60,157 nt of DNA from Catajapyx aquilonaris. Lineage: Eukaryota. How positions within the stretch are numbered: the stretch's first letter is position 1; each line of letters begins with the position of its first letter. Under the pieces are notes generated by a model, which was given only the letters and a program-made list of their open reading frames with translations, made no database searches and was not told the origin of the DNA. Both the position numbers and the translations under genes were made by a program. Shown piece after piece: positions 24,001 through 34,700 of the stretch. The stretch spans positions 1 through 60,157 of the forward strand of contig KZ538591.1 in assembly GCA_000934665.2 (NCBI GenBank), read 5' to 3'.

Positions 24001-26314
24001 CTGCTCAAGGCAAGTTATTATGAAGAAAATTATTTGGTTTATATATCAAATGGCAATTGTATGATTTCCCTCCTCTTAGGTGCTGGATTGGCTTTTATAG
24101 CATATCCTGAAGCTGTAGCGAGGCTACCATTGTCTCCTTTGTGGTCGATTCTCTTCTTCGTGATGCTTCTGACTCTTGGAATGGGCACACAATTCACCGT
24201 CCTGGAAACTGTAGTCACTACAATTGTTGATGAGTGGCCAGACAAATTGAGAGGCAGGAACCACAAGTGAGTCTGCAGAATGCTCTTCATTCATTCATTC
24301 ACAACAATGTGTGTGCAGGGTGTTCTAAAAGATCCACCTGTCCTTATGGATTGAGGCTATCACTTGCGAATTATTGAGATGAAACTGCTTTAAATGATAA
24401 AGGTTGCTTCAATTTCACTGTGTAGATTTCTGCATGTTGACTTTTGCCTTTCAATCCATATGAATTATGGAATATTTTGCAAATGTAAATGGGTGGGGCT
24501 GTAGGCTACCAGAGATCATTGCTAATCTTGCTGATGGTCGTCCAACAGGTGGGTCCTAGGAGGTGCATGCACTTTCATGTACCTATGTGGGCTGAGTATG
24601 TGCACTCAAGGAGGTATGTACGTGTTCCAATTGGTAGACGACCATGCAGCCACGTTTTCAGCTCTCATCATTGGTATGGCTGAAATCTGTGCTGTTTCCT
24701 GGGTGTATGGTGCTGAAAAGTTCTTGGATGACATCAAAGTCATGCTCGGCCACTATCCTCGTCCATACCAGTTTTGGAAGTGGATATGGAAAGTTGGAAC
24801 TCCTCTTTGCATTGTGGTAAGTTCACCTGCAGCTAATCAGTGTTTCTTTTTTTTCCCCCTCGTATTACCTCATACCATATACTGCATATTGCTTGTCTAC
24901 TGACATGTCTTCTACTCCTTTGTAGTTCATCCTGATCTTCACTTGGGTGGACTATCAACCAACCTCTTATGGAGATTATGTGTTTCCCATGTGGGCCAAT
25001 GTTTTGGGTTGGATACTGTCAGCAACCTCTGTGTCAATGCTGCCCATTGTTGCCATGGTCAAACTCTACAGGGAAACTGGGCCATTTATGCTGGTTAGTT
25101 CATTATCAGGTTCATCTTGTCATTGTTGCTGTGAAATAGAGGTGCAGGCATAATGGCCCACACATATCAGTCATCTTTGTTTGTCACTGTCGTGAAATTT
25201 TAAAGGGAACTTCCCTTTGCATAATAATATTGGCTATTATTTTGAATAATATTTGACTCCAATTACTGACATTAGATTATTTTGGTGTAAGAGTCTTCTG
25301 TGTCTTGGGAACACCATTCACTCGAAGTAACTTATGGTATTTATTGACAGAGGGTGAAAAAACTTACCAAGCCAACAGATTCTTGGGGTCCAGCTCTCCA
25401 GATCCACAGAGCTGAAGTAGGCAAACCAAAGCATATTGATTCAACTGTTCCTCTCGCAGCTCACATGCAAGGTAATATTTCTTAGCATGCAATTCTCTTG
25501 TGCATGACTATCATACATTATGTTATCCTGAAGAGGTTGGTTGCGAATGGTTAAACTCATTCCCCTCAATAGTAATTTTTATTATAGTTAAATTATGTTT
25601 ACAATACAATATTACAGGAATATGCAGGGGTTAGACAAAATAACGGGGCCCCCTGCAAAAAGCAGGTCCTCCATTGTACTCAAAAACTGGAAAAGTTACG
25701 GAGATGGCTTTTACTGATTTTTGAATCTCTGTCGATGTACATTTACGGACGTGAAGATGACACAAAAATCCCAAGAGGAGGGGGAGAAAGAAATGACTAA
25801 CGACACCCCCCAGACCCCATTTTTGACCAAAGTGTCCCACCCTTTTTATTTGAAAACGAAAACAGTTACAGATATGAACTGCACTGGGTCTTTAAGTTCT
25901 ATCGATGTCACTTTATGTGGTATAGAGACTGACCGAAATTACCGACCGGGGGGAGGGGGGGGGGGGATAGAAACGGAACCCCCCTTCCCCAGCACTAAAT
26001 CTGAGAAGAGGTTGGACAAAGTAATGTATAGTAAGTTGGGTCGAATTTTCGTCCCACTGCTAGTTACTACCAACTTAGTAGAGGTGCCACAGCCTTCCAC
26101 CTCTAAGGTCCCGAGTTCGGTCCCCAGATCGGACAGAGGATACTTATGTGGATAGAGTTCCGATGGGCTCTCCATGTTCGCGTGGGTTTTCTTGGGGTTC
26201 TCCTGTTTCCTCCCACTATCAAAATCCATCACAGCCAAGGCAATGATTGAAGTCAAGTAATTTATTAAAAAGATGATCCCCTAAAAAGCCCAAGGAGGTT
26301 TATCACGGGGTATC

Positions 26315-26376
<62 letters not shown>

Positions 26377-28031
26377 TACTACCAACTTAGTAGTACCATA
26401 TTTGGCACTGGTACAGCTAAGTTAGCATTAATTAGCAGTGGGACGAAAATTTTCCATTGTTTGCATTCAAGCAGTGCCGGGGAAAGGGGGTGAGGTTTTC
26501 CCCGCCCCCTGTTGGTAATTTTGGTACCTCTCTGTACCACTGACATCGATGGAGTTTCAAATTCCAGTAAAGTTCATATCATTCTGTAACTATTTTCATT
26601 TTCAAATGAAAAGAGTGAGACACTCTGGTTAAAAAATGGGTCTGGGAGGGTGTTGCTAGTCTTTTGTTTCTCCCCCTCCTCTTGGGATTTTTGTGTCATC
26701 TTCATGTCAGTAAATGTATATCGATAGAGCTTCAGAAATCAGTAAAAGTCATCTCTGTAACTTATCCAGTTTTCGAGTACATTGGAGGAAAAAATTCACC
26801 TGCTTTTTGCAGGGGCCCCCCATTATTTTGTCCAGCCCCTGTACACATGCAACATGTGACTATGATGATCTAAGCGTTTTTATAAAGTAATGCCAACTCT
26901 TTACGAGATAGTCATGATCCAATAGGTTGACTACATCATCTTCATAGTTAACATCAGTATTGTGCTTATGTGCGTGTGTGACGGATGCCGCAGCATCCAG
27001 GAATCTCATTGGACATGCGACTAATGTGGAGGATTCGATGATTCCAAAATGATCCCAATATGCTTGTGTAGTGAATTTTGAAAGTTGCTAATCATTTGTA
27101 ATGCATTGTCTTACGTGATTGTGTGACATCTGTCCACCTTCCCTTTTTTAAAAAAACTAAATTGATTGGAAATGGGTGTGAAATACCTATTTCATAATGG
27201 TGAAGAAGTCATTGTTTTATATCTTTTTGAGATGGTATTGTTGCAGTTTCATGTACCATATGGAATGAAAATGACCTCACATCTGTATTGGTGGAAATAA
27301 TTTATTGGGTCTGTCTCCCTCCTCCCCTCATCCCCCCGTGGCCTTGTTATTTTAATTCAATATTATGACAATATATTTGGTATTGTTTCATTTAAAACTC
27401 AAAATAATCAGCCACTAATGTATTTGGGTCACTCACTTATCAGCTGGGACCCTGACTGTTGAGTAGATGAGTTGTTCCTATTGAAAGACTGCACATTTTC
27501 ATTAGCCAATGGCATGCAAGTCCATTTGGAATCTCAGGTATGTGGCGAGCTGATATTGGAGTGAGCTGCAATATTGCCACCAATACAGTTTGGAGCTGAC
27601 TTTGTTCCACCTCAATATTTTGCAGTTTACTCCCTATATAATTATTATATCTTGTTATATACAGTAAAACGTTGATATAACGCTCCTGCATGTAACGCTT
27701 TCCTGCTTTTAACGCCCCTTATTTCTGGTCCCTTGATCATTTCCATAAGGTAAATTTTCCCTCATATAATGCTATCCCGCTTATAACACTACTTTTGGGC
27801 AGTCCCTTGAAGAGTGTTATATCGAGGTTTTACTGTAATTTTATGAGTGCGTTTTTGGTGAGATCGAGGTTTTACTGTCATTGTGATCCTAATTTGTGAC
27901 CTTTTCTAGATGATGACCAAGACAGCAATGGACTCTGTACTGTGTATGAAAACAATGACGACAACAATAGTGAGGATGGTGGGCTCAGGATGAAGGTTGA
28001 GGTGATGAAGCAACATGAAACAGGACTGTAA
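8878..28031 (+). CDS. GlyT: SLC6 Na+/Cl- dependent glycine transporter-like gene, whole model: 14 coding exons per isoform, ~686 aa, exon 8 mutually exclusive
   Basis: Phase-consistent exon chain 8878-8901 (tentative), 13040-13280, 14597-14728, 15272-15415, 15476-15632, 15704-15836, 17956-18090, [18171-18274 or 21243-21346], 23885-24009, 24080-24266, 24549-24816, 24926-25093, 25351-25471, 27910-28031 totals 2061 nt. SLC6 motifs [40 protein letters not shown]; GlyT-type TM6 WGG and C-terminal WGPAL. Confidence 0.92.
13040..13280 (+). CDS. GlyT: SLC6 exon 2 (N-terminus and TM1)
   Basis: ttccag| ENGDATG...[37 protein letters not shown] |gtatac. Confidence 0.93.
14597..14728 (+). CDS. GlyT: SLC6 exon 3 (TM2)
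   Basis: tcacag| [44 protein letters not shown] |gtaagg. Confidence 0.95.
15272..15415 (+). CDS. GlyT: SLC6 exon 4 (TM3)
   Basis: ttgcag| [48 protein letters not shown] |gtaact. Confidence 0.95.
15476..15632 (+). CDS. GlyT: SLC6 exon 5 (extracellular loop 2)
   Basis: aatag| [52 protein letters not shown] |gtaagt; second EL2 Cys, N-glycosylation sequons and a PxxEYF motif; phases 1 and 2 fit the neighbours. Confidence 0.88.
15704..15836 (+). CDS. GlyT: SLC6 exon 6 (TM4)
   Basis: atgcag| [44 protein letters not shown] |gttagt. Confidence 0.93.
17956..18090 (+). CDS. GlyT: SLC6 exon 7 (TM5)
   Basis: ttccag| [45 protein letters not shown] |gtaagt. Confidence 0.95.
18171..18274 (+). CDS. GlyT: SLC6 mutually exclusive exon 8A (TM6, [10 protein letters not shown])
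   Basis: tttaag| [35 protein letters not shown] |gtatca; 104 nt, phase 0/2, no stops. Confidence 0.88.
18785..19442. mobile_element. pogo/Tigger-like MITE between exons 8A and 8B
   Basis: TA-CAGTGAAACCTG...CAGGTTTCACTT-TA, with subterminal repeat TATAGCGGAAACCTATCCATT at both ends. Confidence 0.7.
20281..20409. mobile_element. Short hairpin MITE
   Basis: ATGGCCGGTTTCACCAAGCC...GGCTTGGTGAAACTGGCCAT with ~50-bp arms. Confidence 0.7.
20964..21078. repeat. Compound (ATG)n(ATA)n microsatellite
   Basis: Trinucleotide runs visible directly. Confidence 0.95.
21243..21346 (+). CDS. GlyT: SLC6 mutually exclusive exon 8B (TM6, [10 protein letters not shown])
   Basis: gtacag| [35 protein letters not shown] |gtaaat; 104 nt, phase 0/2, no stops. 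Confidence 0.9.
22157..22440 (+). mobile_element. tRNA-derived SINE (family C; body recalls tick Ruka / Meta-SINE type)
   Basis: A box GGACTAGTGG, B box GGTTCGAACC; body GCACGTTAAAGATCCCC...GACGTTAAGCCCC; TSD AGTTATTCTGT at 22146-22156 and 22441-22451; second copy at 46764-47046. Confidence 0.85.
23059..23793. mobile_element. Palindromic element made of two head-to-head left ends of a Tc1/mariner-type transposon with a DUF4817-like HTH
   Basis: TA-CAGGGTG...CACCCTG-TA; both arms encode ...[19 protein letters not shown]...[24 protein letters not shown], one on each strand. Confidence 0.88.
23885..24009 (+). CDS. GlyT: SLC6 exon 9 (TM7), followed by a GC donor
   Basis: aattag| [42 protein letters not shown] |gcaagt. 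Confidence 0.93.
24080..24266 (+). CDS. GlyT: SLC6 exon 10 (EL4, TM8)
   Basis: tcttag| [62 protein letters not shown] |gtgagt. Confidence 0.95.
24549..24816 (+). CDS. GlyT: SLC6 exon 11 (TM9-TM11)
   Basis: caacag| [54 protein letters not shown]...[14 protein letters not shown] |gtaagt. Confidence 0.93.
24926..25093 (+). CDS. GlyT: SLC6 exon 12 (TM11-TM12)
   Basis: ttgtag| [56 protein letters not shown] |gttagt. Confidence 0.93.
25351..25471 (+). CDS. GlyT: SLC6 exon 13 (C-terminal tail)
   Basis: tgacag| [40 protein letters not shown] |gtaata. Confidence 0.9.
25625..26841. mobile_element. Tc1/mariner-type long-TIR MITE containing a SINE
   Basis: CAGGGGTTAGACAAAATAA...TTATTTTGTCCAGCCCCTG-TA; arms ~25625-26000 and ~26470-26841 are inverted. 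Confidence 0.8.
26082..26375 (+). mobile_element. 5'-clipped tRNA SINE with V-domain-like core (family D)
   Basis: B-box-like GAGTTCGGTCCC; core CGTGGGTTTTCTTGGGGTTCTCCTGTTTCCTCCCAC; (TTA)n tail; 18-bp TSD TTACTACCAACTTAGTAG at 26064-26081 and 26376-26393. Confidence 0.82.
27662..27835. mobile_element. pogo-like MITE
   Basis: TA-CAGTAAAACGTTGATATAAC...GTTATATCGAGGTTTTACTG-TA. Confidence 0.75.
27910..28031 (+). CDS. GlyT: SLC6 probable last coding exon (acidic tail ending ETGL*)
   Basis: ttctag| [40 protein letters not shown]; phase 1 matches the donor at 25472. Confidence 0.7.
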
Positions 28032-28286
28032 ACTATTCTTAAGTATAATAAAACAACCAGTATTACTTCACATAACTAACTAGCTTATTCCATTATTGCC
28101 CATGATCAATAACAGCGATTCATCAATTACACTAGTGGGATATTGTTATTAAATTGAATCTGTAAGTTGATATCAGTAGACATAGGAAGGTATCCCAACC
28201 AATTGTTATGGATCTGGAAGAAAAAAAGTGAGCCATTTTATTATGAACTTTTTGAATGTTCCACCAAGAGCTCTTGGTCCCACTTA

Positions 28287-29521
28287 AGAGGGATGTTCAA
28301 AAAGAGACAGAACTTTTTTAAATAACATGTCAACCGGCAGAGAGAGTATATTGCTGCTACTTTGAACACCACCACTTGCCCCAATCCGCTATGACCATTG
28401 GTCATCAAGATATATCTGCTTAAGTAAGCACTTGCACGAGCTGTTCGTCAGATTAGTGAAAATGAAAGAGCTTGAAAAAGTGTGTCTGAAATTATGCTAC
28501 AAACTTGGTAAAGATTTTACAGAGACATTTCAATTGCTTAACCTAGCATACTAGTAAAGGTCTCCTCCACAAAAAAAAAAAAAGCACAGATGAGTCTGTC
28601 AAATGTCAAGGTGATGTTGGTTGTGTTTTTAAATTGGAAAGGCATTGCCCATTATGAATTTGTACCATATACTGCATGTTGTCAGATGGTAAACAAATAG
28701 TTGTACTGGGAAGTTTTAGCTCATTTGGGGAGGTGCAGTGGCCGAGATGGTAACGTCTTGGCTTGCTGAGTGAAAGGTTCCAGGTTCGATCCCCGCCTGG
28801 GAGCTCCCTTTCGCCTGCATCAAGAGGGTCTCTGACCTGAACCTTGGAGGTGTCTGGCAACCTAACCTCCTGAGGAACAGCACATTACCCATTTAATGAC
28901 ATTGCACTTGCACCTACGTTCCCTCCCCAAAAATCCCTATCCTTACCCAATGTCCTTGATTTCCCTGCACCGGAGTCTGAATAAAAATGGAAAATAACCA
29001 TAAGAAAATACGGTGGTGTCCTATCCCCCTAAAAGAGCCACAGGCTCTATCACGGGGTAGCAAAAATAAATAACAAATAAAAAAATAAAAGTTTTAGCTC
29101 ATTGGAGGGTTGCTGAGCGCAGGAAGAGGCCTGAATTGTGGGTACAACAGGGTAACAGACTTGGATGTTGTACCATAACAATTCCTGGTTCACGCATCGA
29201 TACTCATCATCAGTTATTTGACAAAACATCAGACGTCCATTGTACCCATCAACCCTCTTCTCCAGACTTAGCCCCAGCATACATTTTCCTACGTCCAAAA
29301 CTTAAAACCACTTGGAAAAGACGTCATATCCAAACCACACAGGTGATTCAGGACAATGCGATAAGAACCCTGCGCACCATCACTGAAAGTGCATTCCAAC
29401 AACAGAAGAAACATTGGGAACAGTAGAGGGAACTACCTTGAAGGAGACAGTGATTAAAATGTTGCAAAATGAGCAATATGGCCTTTATAGCAAAAGTTAG
29501 GTATTTTTTGAACACCTCTCG
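28287..29521 (+). mobile_element. Decayed, internally deleted mariner element
   Basis: TIRs GAGGGATGTTCAAAAAG / TTTTTTGAACACCTCTCG; transposase remnants CLKLCYKLGKDFTETFQLLNLAY, VKVMLVVFLNWKGIAHYEFVP and HQPSSPDLAPAYIFLRPKLK (YSPDLAP motif). Confidence 0.88.
28726..29088 (+). mobile_element. tRNA-derived SINE (family E) inserted in the mariner
   Basis: A box TGGCCGAGATGG, B box GGTTCGATCCC; A-rich tail; TSD AAGTTTTAGCTCATT at 28711-28725 and 29089-29103. Confidence 0.88.
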
Positions 29522-31063
29522 TGTGGTATGTGCCACCATTTACAGAGTTGTGCTGCGCATGCAGTTATGAGGCAAATTTTCTGTTACTCCTATTGGTACA
29601 GGTACGTAGGTGTTTGTTACATTCCTAATGACATTCAAAAATAAATTTTTGCAATTGCATTCCAGAGTTTGGACATCTGTGAATCTCATGTTTCTAAACC
29701 TATGCACACCATTTACAATTTATTACATACTATTGGTGCCAGTGGTGGAAAAAATCAGACGGCTGCAGTGAGCTCTTTTATTAATTGGCAATACCGGTAA
29801 TTTTCAAGGGAAGAAATAAACGCAACTGAACACACTTTATATTGGCCAGCTGTGTAGGATGCAGGTGCATGCTTGTGAAAGAGTGTGGTAATTTGCTGCA
29901 GGTCAGCTGCAGGTACTATGGGGAGTATGTAACATATAACAATAAGTGTACCGTACTGGTACCGGTATGTAATAAAAGTGACAAATAGAAATAATTGGAG
30001 CAGGATTAGAACCCCCATGTAGAAAAAGGCAAAATTGCTGTACAGGTAGTACCTGTTTTATGCCGGTAATTGGTTCCAGAAAAATACGGCGTAAAACGAG
30101 ACAAAATTATAATGGAAGTAAATGAGATGGGTTCCAAGATTTCCAACAATTTCCCCTCAGTCGCTCAGACAGTACTTATATTCCTGTTTTTAATGCTGAA
30201 TATTTGAAACATTTATTGCCACCCTATTCGCAACGCTCAAGAGTTTCCGCCCTCAGCGCTACCGCCGAATTTGTGAATTATTGCCACCTCTCACATTCCG
30301 CGCCCCAAACGCGCACTCTTTCCGCCCGCTCAGCCATCCGCGGAATTTGTGAAAGAAAAACGGCGGCAGCCCGGCACGTCGCTGGGACGTCCTCTGGCGA
30401 AGAACTGATGACAGCAGACCAGAAGGTAGCAGGAGGTGTACTCTGCTCAGTTTACACGTCCCGAATGCACCAGAATGCACCTTACCAATCATATGATCAG
30501 TTGGGAGAGAAATAGCCAATGAAGGCGAAGCTGCCAGTGCGCATGTGCTGATGATCATAGCTGGTGGATGTAAATTTTAAAATATACCCTCGCAATTATA
30601 TTTTATATTATTTTGATTGCGAGAAACCTATGGTCTTTTAAAAACTGTACGAATATCTTGTGATCTGATTTTAAATTACTGTGTTTCCGTCCCTCACCCT
30701 CTTTCATTGCAGACGGGCTCTCTCCGGCTCTCTCTGTGCTGCAAAAAAGTGACTTGTTTAGCTCTCGGTTCTCAAATGCAAGGTAAATCAAATACGCTCG
30801 TCCTTCGGGTCGACAAAACTGGTTAAACAGGGGTTAAACCAGTTAAACACATCTAGGAAGTCTAGGAATATAAAACGACATTCCCTTCCCGCCAGGCTGA
30901 GGGAGACTTTTATATTCAGCCACCCGAATGCGTCCACAAGAAGCCGACAACGGCCATGTGCGAGATTGAACACGTTTTGCACGTAGGCCTAGCTTGGCGG
31001 TTAGCCTGTTGATTCGCACTGACGTGCCGGGTGAAGAGTGACGACTAGGAAAGCGACTGCGAA

Positions 31064-31682
31064 ATGGAGCTAAGGTTTGCACTGATAGAGTGCCGTGCTA
31101 CCGTTGCTTACATGTGTTGTGCTAGTTATGGTGGTATGTGTGTATTGTTGCAGTGATTAGTGAATGCTGGCAATACTCCAGTGATGGACAGGGATCAGAG
31201 AATTGGACAGTAGTGTTTTCATTTTTCAGGCGGATTAAATTTCAACTTTTGCATAAAAATGGGCTGATGAAAGGAGGAGTGATCAGGTATGCTCTTGGAG
31301 GCCCTTCAGAAGTTATCTCACATCTATATAGGTGGAAAGGTCATGTACAGCTGCAAGTTTTTTTGTTGCCCTCAAAGGAGAGGGGTATAGTGAGGGGGAG
31401 TTATGGGGGGTGCACTTTCGGTACTTCGGAAGGGCTTGTGTTAGGTGGACTTCGGCTCGAGAGTACCAGCCTGATGCAGTAACTACCGTGACATTTTCAC
31501 CAATACAGATGTGAGGAAAATTATGAGCCCAAATGATGTTTTGCTACAGTGAAACTAACTTACATCATCAGCCACAATTTCTTTATACAGATATAATAAA
31601 CCATGGCTGATGAATAAGTGGGGTGAGCACATTGAAATTTTTTTGACTTATTCAGACATTTTTTGTCTTGTGACATCAGTGT

Positions 31683-31740
<58 letters not shown>

Positions 31741-34700
31741 TGTGGGGTAGTACTCCCCTTAGCGGTATCTGCACAGGCCTTTATTTGTTAATTAGTTGTA
31801 CATTGAGTAGCCTTCATATTGGAACCATTGCGACACGCCCAGGGCCACGGGCAGGATGACAGGAGGGGATGTGCAAGGTGCAGTGCATCTGATGCTGTGG
31901 TCATTTTGTGAACTCCCCCAGGTGGTTTGTCTTAATGGTAACATCAGTGTCATTACAATATGCATGATGTTTCCATTTAGGCAATTAAAATTTTTTGATC
32001 AAAATGTGGAGGACTGCTTGACATGTATGGGATTCAATGTAATGCTTGAAGAGTTAATACTTATTTTTAAATAATTCTCTTGTAGTGAAAGTGTGGAGTT
32101 ATTGCTAATATTCTCATTTTCAGTGTGGTCTCTGGAGACCTAGTTCGTGACGTTGAGAACTTAAAGATGAAGGGTTATGCCTCAGTTGATCGACTGGCAA
32201 AAGGAGTTGATCTTGGTAACTTCAATTTCCCAGTGCCCACTGTTGGGAACAAGTGGAATGGTAAGTGGCTCATGAGCAAGTATTTGAAATTTCAAACTAT
32301 ATCAGCATAACTGGTTCATATTTCCTAACACAATCACAAGGATGAATTGGAAGGGAGACATAAATCATAGTTACAGACAGACTTATTTCAAAAGTAAGTA
32401 CCTTTTGGCTCTAAATATTTTAAAATGGACTTTTCCCCAAAAAATAGCCACATGATTGCACAGATCTTTAGTAACCACTTGACACCATGTATGTTGAAGG
32501 ATTTTTAGAACCTTGGCACCATGTTTTGTAAGCCAGTGTCAAGCATTCTTGCCACCAAGCCTTTTCTTTCATTTCTTGGTCACGCCATAGGTTCTTGCCT
32601 GTCAAAGATTTTTTAGAGCAGGTGAAACAAGTGCAGGTCACTTCGTAACAAAGCTGGACTATGGTCTGAGTGCTCAAATATACCAGAAAGTGCCATTTTT
32701 CCGCCAGTAATTGGTTCCAGCAACACAGCGGCATAAAGTGAATCAGAGTAAAACAATATGAAATTATAATGAAAGTGGATGATATAGGTTCCAAAATTTT
32801 CAAAATTTTTCCACAGGCAGTAGGGGAGAGGGCTGTACCATGGAACACTTTTTCAACATTTATTTTCATTTAGTAAAGTTGTTCATGTTTTCAACATGTG
32901 AAACTGTCCATGTATGAAGCATATTGTTGCCCACACAATGGAACTTACTCATTTTGTATGTCACTAATAACTTTACTAAAAATAATTAATATGTGATGGT
33001 GTTGCAAATGTTCCATGGTACAACATGCTGATGTACCTTGGAACAATCTGATGTATCCTTGGAACAATTTATTTTCCAGCATGATATTAGGCTCAACAAT
33101 GCAAATATTTTATTTCACGTTGTAGTTTTCATTCTTTTCAAAGCCAATTTTGAACACTATTCTTGATGACACCCTGACACAACACCCTAGCTGATGTGTT
33201 CCAAGGTACATGCATGGCTACTTTTAGAAATGAACTTGCCTCTCTTTCGTGCATTACATGATTGGTAGGTAATAATGATTCAGCACTGTAGACTATTGGT
33301 GTACACTTCAGAGCAGAACTTCATCTACTACAAATCTGTTATATGACAGGAGCAATAATCGACAAAAGGCCTGCCAAAAAAACTTACTTTTGAGTATGAA
33401 AATACACCTCCGCCACTCACTACCTCCAAAATGGCTACCTGCTAGGGTCTGCTTCCAACTAGGGGGCATATGCATCCTTTGATTCAGAAACTGGCCGGTA
33501 CATGTCAACACGAGCTGTGGTACATTGAGTGTTCCTAGGTACATTGTACTCAAGGTACAGCCCTCTCCCCTACTAATATTTCTGTTTTTAGTGCTCACTG
33601 TCAGTATTTGAAACATTTATTATATGCATTTAGACTTTAGAGGGAGGTTGTAGGTTGAGGGTCATGGGGAGTCCCTTTCCCTTCTTTGCCAAGAACTGCA
33701 GGACCTGTGCAGTGATGTGCTTGTGTTTAGACTGTTTTAATATAAATTTTTTTCAGTTTTCTGATTAATTTTTTTTTTCAAAGGTAATATTGAAACTGAC
33801 ACTAATGTGAATCAGCGTAAAATGAAGCTGAGTTAAGCTGGTACTTCCTGTACTCTATTTGAAATGTTGAAGTCAGTGGTTTCCAACCTTTTACCAACAG
33901 CAACCCCCTAAACATGGTTCCATAAATGTGCGACCCCCCCNNNNNNNNNNNNCCAAAAAAAAAAAAAAAAAAAAAACGTTGAACCAAGGCTCGTGACCCC
34001 CCGGCTGGAAACCACTGGTTTAAGTAATGCCTATATGCTAGGACTGGAATGTGCAGTCAGACATTGTCATGCATCTTTCTTCAACAATTTCAGTGGGACA
34101 TCTTTGAGCCTGGCCATGAAATGGTGTGGACCTTGTAAACAGTAACTTTCACGTGTTTCACTTTCTCCTGAAAATTTTTGGCAGGTGAAAGCCTGGGGAG
34201 ACACCAACAGATGAAGGAATCTGATTGTTGATGAGAATGCTTGATGTCGGTTTGCAAATTCAGTTGGCATGGTTCTTAAATTCTTGGATCGACATGGTGT
34301 CAAGTGGTAACTAAAATCTGTGTCATCATGTGGCTAAGTCTTGAAAATAAAATTTGATGGCCAAATAGTACTTTTGTAATGCAGTACTCCATGACAGCAA
34401 GAAAATGGCTTCCATTTCATGGTATCATCAGTCCAAAAAGAATTGTCCCAGTCATCCTGATGTGTGTGCTGCCCGCTCGACACACACCATGTAACTTACA
34501 TGGTGTGTGTCGAGCGGCCAGCCCACACGTCAGGATGACTGGGACAGTTCTTTTTGAACTGTTGATACCTAACTGCATGCAGGGCTTATCACTGGCCCTG
34601 ACCTCCTGTCCACAAATCTCATCAGTTGTCTTTGATTCCTCAGTTTGTTGTGCTATGAGCATTTGCTAAGTTGATAGTGGGATTTATGCTGTTCAAATGA

